NCBI GenBank assembly: GCA_040222015.1
Contig: JAVJWO010000045.1
Coordinates: 1 to 59,884, forward strand
From: Coleofasciculus chthonoplastes F2-STO-03
GTDB taxonomy: Bacteria; Cyanobacteriota; Cyanobacteriia; Cyanobacteriales; Coleofasciculaceae
DNA: 59,884 nucleotides
Reading direction: 5' to 3'
Numbering within the stretch: the first letter of the stretch is position 1; every line of letters starts with the position of its first letter. Under the pieces are notes generated by a model that made no database searches, was not told the origin of the DNA, and saw nothing but the letters and a program-made list of their open reading frames with translations. Made by a program: the position numbers and the translations under genes. Positions 9,901-18,070 of this stretch are shown piece by piece.

Positions 9901-10575
9901 ATGATGAAATACAATCCCCAGAAACATCATCGCCGTTCGATTCGGCTCAAGGGATATGATTATACCCAAACAGGTGCTTATTTTATCACCGTATGTACAT
10001 GGCAGCGCCAATGTTTATTGGGTGAGATAATCAATGGGGAAATGCAACTGAGTCGCTATGGTGAAGCCGTCAAATTTAATTGGGATATCTTACCCAAACG
10101 TTACGACGGTGTTCGATTAGATGCTTTCATCATTATGCCAAATCATGTACATGGGATTATTTTTTTGCACGATTGGGGTGGAGAGGGGGCGGGTTTAGAT
10201 ACGTTATTCCCAAAAACCGCTACGTTGGTTGTCAAACCCGCCCCTACAGAATCTATCGCGTCGGGAAAATCCAGCCATAAACAATCGAAAATTTACGGAT
10301 TGCCGGAAATTGTTCGCGGCTTCAAAACCTTTTCATCCCGTCGCCTCAATCAACTTCGTTCCCAATCGGGTATCCCTGTATGGCAACGGGGTTATTATGA
10401 ACATATCATCCGCCACGAAGAATCTTTGACCGCTATTCGTGACTATATCCTAAAAAATCCCTGGGATTGGCATAACGATGATTTGCATCCTGAGAATCTC
10501 CATAGCTGGGAGGAATCTTGTCCTCTGGTATTTGAATTTCAGGGCAAATCTCACACTCAGGTTATTGTCAGATAA
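9901..10575 (+). CDS. REP-associated tyrosine transposase (RAYT, Y1/HUH family)
   Basis: RRSIRLKGYDY, YFITVCT, MPNHVHGII (HUH), WQRGYYEHIIR, YILKNP (catalytic Tyr); flanked by GTAG REPs. Confidence 0.92.
   Translation: MMKYNPQKHHRRSIRLKGYDYTQTGAYFITVCTWQRQCLLGEIINGEMQLSRYGEAVKFNWDILPKRYDGVRLDAFIIMPNHVHGIIFLHDWGGEGAGLDTLFPKTATLVVKPAPTESIASGKSSHKQSKIYGLPEIVRGFKTFSSRRLNQLRSQSGIPVWQRGYYEHIIRHEESLTAIRDYILKNPWDWHNDDLHPENLHSWEESCPLVFEFQGKSHTQVIVR
10185..10247 (-). repeat. In-frame REPIN within the RAYT coding sequence
   Basis: Encodes GAGLDTLFPKTATLVVKPAPT just after the HUH motif. Confidence 0.9.
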
Positions 10576-10604
10576 ATGTGCGATCGCGTATATTACATAC
10601 CTCT

Positions 10605-10703
10605 ACGTGGGATGATTTTTTGCACGATTGGGGTGGAGAGGAGGGCGGGTTTAGATAGGTTATTCCCGAAAACGGTTACGTTGTTGGTAAAACCCGCCCC
10701 TAT
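10605..10703 (-). repeat. Diverged copy of the RAYT-internal segment plus REPIN
   Basis: GGGATGATTTTTTGCACGATTGGGGTGGAGAG...AAACCCGCCCCTA matches 10153-10246. Confidence 0.85.
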
Positions 10704-10834
10704 AGAATTTACTGTGTCCGAATCAAGGTGCGATCGCGTTCTTTTCCTGTTGAACGATTTTGCTCCGGATGAGTAGCCAGTTTCCTCGAATCCTATAGTT
10801 ACGAACATCTACCCGAAGCAATCAGCATTCCACT

Positions 10835-11431
10835 ATGACTCGTATTCACCCCTATTTTATCCCCGCGATCGCAGGATTGATTATTGCTGGTGTTGGTGGC
10901 TGGGGTTGGCTAGCTGCAAACAGTAAAGGAATTCCTGACAACCCTGTCGAAACAACGTCTTCTCCGTCATCCTCTCCCCCACAAGCAAATCCTGACTCAA
11001 CCGCCTCACTTATCGCCCAACCTGATTCTTCTGTTATCCCGGAGGTGAATCCAGCCTCGACGCCTCAACCCACTGATGCGGTTGAAACTATAACCCTCAA
11101 CATTTATCGCACTGATAACCAATGTGAAACCCTTATTCCTGAACCCGTTGCTGTTGCAGCAGAAACTCCGGTAACGGCGTCTGTGGGAAACGTTGTCGCC
11201 CAAGTGAGTTCGGGGGATTTGGATTTAGCGGGTTATCGCATAAATCTCGATAATGGTGTCGCTACCATCGATTTGCGCTTATCTCCAGATTCCCAGCGTC
11301 AATTTGTCTCCCTCTCGATGTGTGAACAATTGGCATTATTTGGTGGTATCCGCAAAACTTTGTTAGAAAACCCGCGACTTAATATTAAAAATGTTCGCTT
11401 CACCGCTAAAGGACAAGATATTGTTTTTTAA
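10835..11431 (+). CDS. GerMN (spore germination-type) domain membrane-anchored protein
   Basis: N-terminal TM helix, Pro/Ser linker, then ATIDL...SLSMCEQLALFGGIRKTL..NP..IK.VRF. Confidence 0.75.
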   Translation: MTRIHPYFIPAIAGLIIAGVGGWGWLAANSKGIPDNPVETTSSPSSSPPQANPDSTASLIAQPDSSVIPEVNPASTPQPTDAVETITLNIYRTDNQCETLIPEPVAVAAETPVTASVGNVVAQVSSGDLDLAGYRINLDNGVATIDLRLSPDSQRQFVSLSMCEQLALFGGIRKTLLENPRLNIKNVRFTAKGQDIVF

Positions 11432-11479
11432 TGGTCATTCGTCTTATGTCATTTGTTGAAGATGACTTGCACTTTAATC

Positions 11480-11538
11480 GGGGCGGGTTTAGTGATATCA
11501 GGGTGAAAATCTAACGTTAATGGTAAAACCCGCTCCTA
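11480..11538 (-). repeat. REPIN (degenerate GTAGGGGCGGG family)
   Basis: GGGGCGGGTTT...AAAACCCGCTCCTA. Confidence 0.75.
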
Positions 11539-11638
11539 AGCTGTTCGGCATTTAAACCTTAATGTCAATAATGGCGAAATCTTTGTATGTAGTGTGAGCA
11601 TCTTGCTCACTACCCATTTCCAATTTAAATGCATGACA

Positions 11639-11824
11639 ACTCTCTCATCTCCCTCATCTCCCCCAGTTCTCTCATCTCCCTCATCTTCCCCAACTCTCTC
11701 ATATACCTCATCTTCCCTATCTCCAACCTCTCCCCCATCTTCCTCATCTCCCCCCTCTTCCCCATCTCCCCCCTCTCCCCCATCTCCCCCATCTTCCCCA
11801 TCTCCAACCTCTCCACCCCTCATC
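11639..11824. repeat. Pyrimidine-rich degenerate 9-mer tandem array (CTCCCCATC-like)
   Basis: About 20 units such as CTCCCCATC, TTCCCCATC and CTCCCTCAT upstream of clpP. Confidence 0.85.
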
Positions 11825-11879
11825 CGGCGTCAATCGTTACAATCTAGAAGAATATGAGCTTAAGATTACCGTAATTGCC

Positions 11880-12488
11880 ATGATTCCTACAGTTATCGAA
11901 CAATCGGGTCGCGGTGAACGCGCCTTTGACATCTACTCTCGTCTGCTGCGGGAACGGATCGTTTTTCTGGGACAACAGGTTGATTCAGATTTGGCTAACC
12001 TAATCGTGGCTCAACTCTTGTTCTTGGAAGCCGATGACCCCGAAAAAGACATTTATCTCTATATCAACTCCCCAGGCGGTTCCGTAACCGCAGGAATGGG
12101 GATTTACGATACCATGAATCAAATCCGTCCTGATGTCTGCACCATCTGTGTAGGTTTGGCGGCGAGTATGGGTGCGTTTCTCCTGAGTGCTGGGGCGAAG
12201 GGTAAACGGATGAGCTTACCCCATTCCAGAATTATGATTCACCAGCCCTTAGGCGGCGCTCAAGGACAGGCGAGTGATATTGAAATTCAAGCGAAAGAAA
12301 TCCTGTATCACAAACAACGGCTGAATCAGCTTCTGGCTGAACATACCGATCAACCCCTAGATCGAATTGCCGAAGATACAGAACGGGACTTCTTTATGTC
12401 AGCCGAGGAAGCCAAGAACTACCGTTTAATCGATCAAGTGATTGATCGACGTCCTTCTGCCGCCCGGACTCCAGTTACAGTAAGTTAA
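11880..12488 (+). CDS. clpP: ATP-dependent Clp protease proteolytic subunit
   Basis: [20 protein letters not shown] (Ser), IHQP (His), ERD (Asp). Confidence 0.98.
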   Translation: MIPTVIEQSGRGERAFDIYSRLLRERIVFLGQQVDSDLANLIVAQLLFLEADDPEKDIYLYINSPGGSVTAGMGIYDTMNQIRPDVCTICVGLAASMGAFLLSAGAKGKRMSLPHSRIMIHQPLGGAQGQASDIEIQAKEILYHKQRLNQLLAEHTDQPLDRIAEDTERDFFMSAEEAKNYRLIDQVIDRRPSAARTPVTVS

Positions 12489-12677
12489 CTTATTGCAGTT
12501 GGCAAGAGGTAAGTTCAGTCAAAACTCAGGTCAACTTTAGCTACAGCCCTCACCCCCCTTTGAAAGCAAGGGGGGAATGGGGAGAGGGGAGCAATTCCAA
12601 GTTGCGCTCGTATTTGTACCAGTGCTTCCCCTACTCTCTATCTAACCTCATCACAAGACTTATTCAGCAGTCCCTAC

Positions 12678-13574
12678 TTAATCAGGTGTGGGTTCTAATT
12701 CCAGATGATGCAAGAAATCGAGTAACTCTTCATCGGTTAACAACTGACGCGATCGCTTACCATAAGTTTCGATGAGGTAATCTCGTCCCTGTTGATTCGT
12801 CCACCCTAGCCGTTTGAGTTCCACATTGGTTCGGGCAATAATTTCGGAAAAGTCAATGGGTGTTTCGGATTTGGATTGAGTCTGACTATCGGGTTCAGCT
12901 TCCTTTTGTGCAGGTGCATCAGATGGGGGTGGTGTTGATTCTGACTCTAACGACGATTGAGTGACTCCCACTGGGGTTGGTGTCTCTTCCTTAAACAGAG
13001 GTGTCTGTGATCCTGATATGTCCTCCGTTAAGGAAGGCGGTTCAACTGTCTCAGGAAGCGTTACTGTCGGTTCAGGAGGGAGACTGGGTTTTGTCTTAGG
13101 TGGGGAAAGTGGTTCAACCGTCTCTGGGAGGGGTTCCGTCGGTTCAGGGGGTGGACTCGGTTTTGCCGATATCGGGTGGGTATCGATTGGACTAGGACTT
13201 GGAGTATCTTCAACCTCAGGTGTTGATTCTAAGCTTTTTGCCGCAAAAGCGGAAGTCGAGTTAGGAATCGACTCAGGGAATGAGGGAACCTTAGCAGCCG
13301 CCACTGACGTTTGGGTGTGACGATGAGGTGGAGATGTTTCGGTGTCCGAACTCTCCCGATCAACCGCTAAAACAAAAACAGTTATCGCTCGAAGTCTTGC
13401 TTGGTCTTCTGCTAATTCTACCGTTTGAGCCGCAGCTAGACCTGTTGATCGGGTTACGCCATCAATTTCCACACTGACGCGCACGATATACTGACCGTGA
13501 TCGATGGCTAACAGATCACTGATCAGGCTCCCTTGAGGATAAGAAACTCGGAATTTATTCAATGTAGGATTCAT
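12678..13574 (-). CDS. Conserved cyanobacterial hypothetical protein (two small domains joined by a Pro/Glu/Ser linker)
   Basis: N-terminal YP.GSLIS.LL...AEDQAR.RA; C-terminal ELKRLGW...GRDYL..TYGKRSR.LLTDEELL.FL. Confidence 0.8.
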   Translation of the reverse strand: MNPTLNKFRVSYPQGSLISDLLAIDHGQYIVRVSVEIDGVTRSTGLAAAQTVELAEDQARLRAITVFVLAVDRESSDTETSPPHRHTQTSVAAAKVPSFPESIPNSTSAFAAKSLESTPEVEDTPSPSPIDTHPISAKPSPPPEPTEPLPETVEPLSPPKTKPSLPPEPTVTLPETVEPPSLTEDISGSQTPLFKEETPTPVGVTQSSLESESTPPPSDAPAQKEAEPDSQTQSKSETPIDFSEIIARTNVELKRLGWTNQQGRDYLIETYGKRSRQLLTDEELLDFLHHLELEPTPD

Positions 13575-13674
13575 AAAACTTGACTCAACGCAGTACATGG
13601 ACAGGGTACATTTCCGACAGTTCGCATAGACAGCGACAGTAGTATTAGTACGGTGAGAGCCTGTCTGGACAAAT

Positions 13675-13693
13675 ATGTAACATAATGTTACAT
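13675..13693. promoter_or_regulatory. Perfect palindromic operator-like site
   Basis: ATGTAACAT-A-ATGTTACAT about 100 bp upstream of the hypothetical gene; regulator unknown. Confidence 0.45.
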
Positions 13694-13938
13694 TTACCCC
13701 TCAGGACAGTCCTGTGGCTTGGGAAACTCGCTAGGACAAGAATGGGAAGTGTAAGCCACCCTTTAATTAACGGGGATTTAGTACAAATTTACCAATTCTT
13801 TGCGCCTGTTGCACTTGGGCATCACAACAGACGTTTAACGCCATAAATGCATAACTTTTGACGGTTGACTTCCAAGGTAGGGGTACGAGAATCTACAATA
13901 ATGACATACTGTCCCAGTTGACTGTAACTCACCTACTC

Positions 13939-15232
13939 CGGCAAGGAAGCCCCCATTGTAATCTGTGATTCAACGCGGGGAGGAATTGCCAGTCTGTTAA
14001 AGTTTGAATTATACTCATTTTCGTGAGTTTTGGATAAACGTGAAGCAAGTATTGACAATAGTTGTAAGACTTCAACCCACCGAAGAGCAACAAAGGCTGC
14101 TCATGGAAACGGCGGGAAGTTTTGCTGCCGCTTGTAACGCGATAAATGCCACAGTTAACCCAAAGCTAACGAATCGAAATTCAATCCAGGCAGTTTGTTA
14201 CCACGACATCAAAGCCCAATGGGGGCTGACATCAAACCATGTAGTGAGAGCTTGTGCCCGGGTAGCCGCCAATCGCTTAACAGCCAAACACAAAGGCAAA
14301 AAAGTGAACGCTTTTAAGCCAACAAGTTTTGACTGTGATGCCAGAACATTTCAGTTTTTCGAGAAAGACTGGACAGTAAGCCTAAGCACAATTGGGAAGC
14401 GGGTAAGGTGTCTGCTTCGTGCCAGTAACTACCATCGGAACAAATTGACAGGAAAAAAACCAACCAGCGCCCAAGTTTGCCTGCATCGGGACGGGTATTG
14501 GTATGTGCATATACAACTCAAAAGTGAGCCGCCCAAACCGATTAAATCAAACATTGTGATTGGGGTAGACTTGGGACGCAGGGAGATAGCGAAAACCAGT
14601 ACAGATAAAGGATGGGAGGGAAAGCAACTAAACAAGACCCGAGATAAATACACTAGAGTGAGAGCTTCTCTACAAAAGAAAGCAACCCAAGGCACAAGGA
14701 CAACAAGGCGAAGATGCCGGACTGTCTTGAAACGGTTATCGGGGCGCGAGAGAAGATTTCAGAAATGGATAAACCACAATATCAGTAAATCAATCATAGA
14801 AGAAGCCAAGGCATTAAAGTCGGCGGTGGCGATTGAAGACTTAACCGGAATCCGGGAACGAACAAATGAAAAACCCAGGACAAAGAGCGAAAGAAGACGG
14901 TCAAATTCCTGGGCATTCTATCAGTTAAGGATATTCCTAGAGTACAAAGGAATAAAGGAAGGGATTGAGATGATCGCCATACCGCCAGCCTATACCAGCC
15001 AGACCTGTCATTGTTGCTTGCATATTGGACAGAGAACTAACAAGCAGTTTAAATGCACAAACTTGGTGTGTGGATGGCTAGGGGATGCGGACTTTAATGG
15101 AGCAAAAATGATTGAGTTATGGGGCTGTGCAGTAAACCAGCCTGGAGGCTCGGAACTATTGTCCTGTGCAATAGAACCAGGGCTACTAAAAGCCCACACT
15201 ATACCCGGAAGGGTTGGTGTTGGGTAGTTTAC
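13939..15232 (+). mobile_element. IS200/IS605-family element with tnpB only (no tnpA; IS1341-like)
   Basis: Left-end hairpin GGCAAGGAAGCCCCCATTGTAATC..GATTCAACGCGGGGAGGAATTGCC; right end AAAGCCCACACT...GTGTTGGGTAGTTTAC. Exact left boundary is uncertain. Confidence 0.85.
14040..15227 (+). CDS. tnpB: RNA-guided endonuclease TnpB
   Basis: RuvC I GVDLG, RuvC II AIEDL, zinc ribbon CHCC..CTNLVC, RuvC III DADFNG; all three catalytic residues present. GTG start at 14040 preferred. Confidence 0.93.
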   Translation: MKQVLTIVVRLQPTEEQQRLLMETAGSFAAACNAINATVNPKLTNRNSIQAVCYHDIKAQWGLTSNHVVRACARVAANRLTAKHKGKKVNAFKPTSFDCDARTFQFFEKDWTVSLSTIGKRVRCLLRASNYHRNKLTGKKPTSAQVCLHRDGYWYVHIQLKSEPPKPIKSNIVIGVDLGRREIAKTSTDKGWEGKQLNKTRDKYTRVRASLQKKATQGTRTTRRRCRTVLKRLSGRERRFQKWINHNISKSIIEEAKALKSAVAIEDLTGIRERTNEKPRTKSERRRSNSWAFYQLRIFLEYKGIKEGIEMIAIPPAYTSQTCHCCLHIGQRTNKQFKCTNLVCGWLGDADFNGAKMIELWGCAVNQPGGSELLSCAIEPGLLKAHTIPGRVGVG

Positions 15233-15250
15233 GCATCCTTGCCGCAACGC
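15080..15250 (+). ncRNA. Predicted TnpB omega/reRNA (scaffold overlapping the tnpB 3' end; guide from 15233)
   Basis: Inferred from established TnpB biology and the right-end hairpin ending GTAGTTTAC. The 5' boundary is approximate. Confidence 0.55.
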
Positions 15251-15397
15251 GATTAAGCGAGCGAAGATCGGCAATTATCCGTAACAGGTCGTGGGTTAAC
15301 AGGTGTCCGTCAACCTGAAACTGGATAGCTCAAACACTATCCGCTTGATCGCGATCGCGTCAGCAAAAGACGGTTTGATTCTGACAGATCCCATTCT

Positions 15398-15632
15398 GTC
15401 AGGAACCTCTCGGCTTACAGCCGTGGGCTTGAAAAAGCCCATACCTGACGAGCCTAAGACCTACATGGTGTACGTTATGCCCAAGAGTTAAAGTTCCTAC
15501 CTTAGGGTGTGTGCCAGCCCTGAGCTGCTAGAACTTCAGCATTAAACAGGTGTACAGGGTTAAGCCAGTGTGCTGGAGAAAGTACCGAGGCATAACATTG
15601 GCAAGGCAAACGTTACCCCAGTTAAATGGGAG
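15398..15632 (+). ncRNA. HEARO RNA / IscB-type omega-RNA scaffold, orphan (no iscB)
   Basis: GTCAGG..CCTGAC closing stem, CGGCT-TAC-AGCCG hairpin, GGGCTT-GAAA-AAGCCC, AGCCTAAG, TACGTT, AAGAGTTAAAGTTCCTACC, TTAAACAG..GGGTTAAGCCAGTG, AACATTGGC.AGGCAAAC.TTACCC. Paired arms GTTATGCC/GGCATAAC, CTTAGGG/CCCTGAG and TTCAGCA/TGCTGGA. Confidence 0.85.
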
Positions 15633-15704
15633 CGCCCTTCACGTGAGCGTATTGCCACTAGGCAAATTCAAGTAAACGCCGGATCAAAGAAAAAGGATTG
15701 TTGG

Positions 15705-17981
15705 ATGGAATTTTCAATCGCTACATTACTCTCCAATTTGACCGATGACAAATCAGTCGCCCCCAAAGTTTTAGAGAAGAAACTGGGGTGTCAGGACTCC
15801 GAAAGTCTGCAAAAACTCCAGATTGCTCTGGATGTGCTAGAGAAAGTTGGCATTTTGGAAAAAGAACGAGGTCGATATCGACGAGTCTATGAAGAGGATG
15901 TAGTCGAAGCCAAACTGCGCTGCTCCAGTAAAGGATTTTGCTTTGCCATTCAAGATGTTGAAGGCGCTGATGATATTTACATTCAAAAGAATCATCTAAG
16001 TAGCGCTTGGAATGGCGATCGCGTTTTGGTGAAAGTGACCAAAGAAGGGAGTCGTCGCCGTTCTCCAGAAGGACAGGTACGGTTGATTCTCGAGCGAGTG
16101 AATCCCTCGGTACTTGCACGAGTCAGACAGGCTGAAGATGGCAGTTATCACGCTGTCCCTCTTGATGACCGCCTGCTCTTTGAACTGGATTTACGACCCA
16201 ATAGCGCCCCCCTAGAAAAGGCGGTGGAGCATCTGGTTCATGTGCAAGTTATGCGCTATCCCCTGGGACAAAACCCACCCCTGGGCAAAGTGGCTCGCAT
16301 TTTGGGAAGTGATGCGGAAGACGCCGCTGATACAGATATTGTCTGTTGTAAACATGACCTCCGCCGCCAGTTTCCTGAACCTGTACTGCAAGCGATTGAA
16401 GCCTTACCCGACTCCCTCCGCAAAACCGACTTAAAAAATCGCCTGGATCTGCGGAAGCTGCTGACGATGACGATAGAAGACGAGTCAGGCTCCCCAGATA
16501 GCGCCATTGTCGAAAATGCCTTGACCCTAGAAAAAACCAAGACCGGAAATTGGCAGGTGGGCATCCATATCGCCGATGTTGCCCATTGGATACCCCTAGA
16601 TTCACCCCTGGATAGAGAGGCACGAAAGCGAGGAACGGCTGTGTATTTGGGCAATACGGTTCTCCCCCTGCTCCCGGAAAAACTCTTATCTCAGGTGTCT
16701 CTAGTAGCCGGTGAAGATCGTTTAACCCTGTCAGTACTGCTCACGTTAACGGACTCTGGACAACTGGTTGAATTTGAAATTCACAAGAGTGTCATCCAAG
16801 TGGATCACCAACTCAGTTATGAACAGGCACAGGCTCTATTGGGCGGACATGAAGAGAGCGAACCCGAACTCGCACCGATTGTAGACAAACTCAAGGAACT
16901 CTTCTTCAGCTTATCTCCAGCACTCAGAGCCGTGCGACAGCAACGGGGCGCGTTTGAATTGAATGGAACACTGCCCAAAGAAGCCATTGCTCGACCCATT
17001 CCCCACAGTAAAGATGAAGGACGCCAAGGGGCGATCATGGTTTCGGGTTCTATGCCCTTGCGATCGCTCTTAGCAGAATTGATGGTACTGGCAAATCAAG
17101 TGGTAGCGTCCCATTTGCACGCCTTATCCTTGCCAGGAATTTATTGTGTTCATCCAACTCCCGATTTAGAACAACTGGAAGATTTACTCAAGTTAGCGAG
17201 CAATTTGGGACTGGATGTCGAGCAATCATTGGAGGAGGATGTCACGTCCCAAGATTATCAGCGCTTGACCCAACTCTTGGCGAAATCAACAGCGGCTAAA
17301 GTTCTGAATCACTTACTTGAGGGAACCTTAAAACCGATCGCTTATAGTTCTAAACCCGGATTACACTTTGGTTTGGCTTTGGATACCAGCTATTGCCATA
17401 GTATCTCCCCCGTATGGCGCTATGGAGATTTATTTGTCCAACGGGTCTTAGAGTACACCTTTAGCGAAGGACGCGATCGCCGTACCACTCGGTCGAAAGA
17501 TCGGGTCAATCTCCACCACAGTAGCGCCCATGGCAATATTAACTGGAATGTTTTACCCCCTGACACTCAACAGGAGTTAGAAAGTCAATTAAGCACCTTG
17601 GTTCCCCATCTCAATGACCGGGAAAAACTCACCGAAGATGCGGAGATTGATTTAGAGGGCTTGAAAAAAGCCGAGCAAATGAAAGAACGCACAGGTCATG
17701 TCTTCAGTGGTTTGATTACAGGCGTGCAATCCTATGGCTTCTTTGTCGAAATTGAAGACTTGTTGGTGGAAGGATTGGTTCACGTCAGTTCCCTGAAAGA
17801 TGACTGGTACGAATATCGCTCTCGTCATGCTTGTTTAGTCGGTCGGAAAAACCGCACGGCGTATCGATTGGGCGATCATGTCGAAGTTCAAGTCAAGAGC
17901 GTGGATTATTACCGTCAACAAATTGACTTGGTAACCGTTAGTGGTGGTAGTGTGGCAAGTAATGAAGATTTAGAGGATTAA
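15705..17981 (+). CDS. zam: RNase II/R (RNB) family protein, Zam type
   Basis: True start MEFSIATLL at 15705. Cold-shock domains (KGFCFA), RNB domain (VGIHIADV, RGTAVY) and C-terminal S1 (GLITGVQSYGFFVE, EGLVHVSSL). Catalytic Asp cluster is degenerate. Confidence 0.85.
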   Translation: MEFSIATLLSNLTDDKSVAPKVLEKKLGCQDSESLQKLQIALDVLEKVGILEKERGRYRRVYEEDVVEAKLRCSSKGFCFAIQDVEGADDIYIQKNHLSSAWNGDRVLVKVTKEGSRRRSPEGQVRLILERVNPSVLARVRQAEDGSYHAVPLDDRLLFELDLRPNSAPLEKAVEHLVHVQVMRYPLGQNPPLGKVARILGSDAEDAADTDIVCCKHDLRRQFPEPVLQAIEALPDSLRKTDLKNRLDLRKLLTMTIEDESGSPDSAIVENALTLEKTKTGNWQVGIHIADVAHWIPLDSPLDREARKRGTAVYLGNTVLPLLPEKLLSQVSLVAGEDRLTLSVLLTLTDSGQLVEFEIHKSVIQVDHQLSYEQAQALLGGHEESEPELAPIVDKLKELFFSLSPALRAVRQQRGAFELNGTLPKEAIARPIPHSKDEGRQGAIMVSGSMPLRSLLAELMVLANQVVASHLHALSLPGIYCVHPTPDLEQLEDLLKLASNLGLDVEQSLEEDVTSQDYQRLTQLLAKSTAAKVLNHLLEGTLKPIAYSSKPGLHFGLALDTSYCHSISPVWRYGDLFVQRVLEYTFSEGRDRRTTRSKDRVNLHHSSAHGNINWNVLPPDTQQELESQLSTLVPHLNDREKLTEDAEIDLEGLKKAEQMKERTGHVFSGLITGVQSYGFFVEIEDLLVEGLVHVSSLKDDWYEYRSRHACLVGRKNRTAYRLGDHVEVQVKSVDYYRQQIDLVTVSGGSVASNEDLED

Positions 17982-17984
17982 ATC

Positions 17985-18070
17985 TTTAGTCATTGGTCAT
18001 TTTAACCGGACAAAAGACAAAGGACTAATGGCAAAGGACAACGGACAAAGGACTAATGACCAATGACTAA
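17985..18070. repeat. Heptamer STRR repeats (GGACAAA / TGACTAA type)
   Basis: GGACAAA AGACAAA GGACTAA TGGCAAA GGACAAC GGACAAA GGACTAA TGACCAA TGACTAA. Confidence 0.8.

Noticed and set aside
11536..11857. Gly/Glu-, Ser/Pro- and Ile/Ser/Pro-rich ORFs
   Set aside because: They are translations of the 9-mer tandem array in several frames.
13677..13691. NtcA site
   Set aside because: Spacing is GTA-N9-TAC, not N8; kept only as an unassigned palindrome.
15303..15704. ORF 15303-15491 and the 45-aa N-terminal extension of the RNB protein
   Set aside because: Both run through the HEARO RNA; the family-typical start is MEFSI at 15705.
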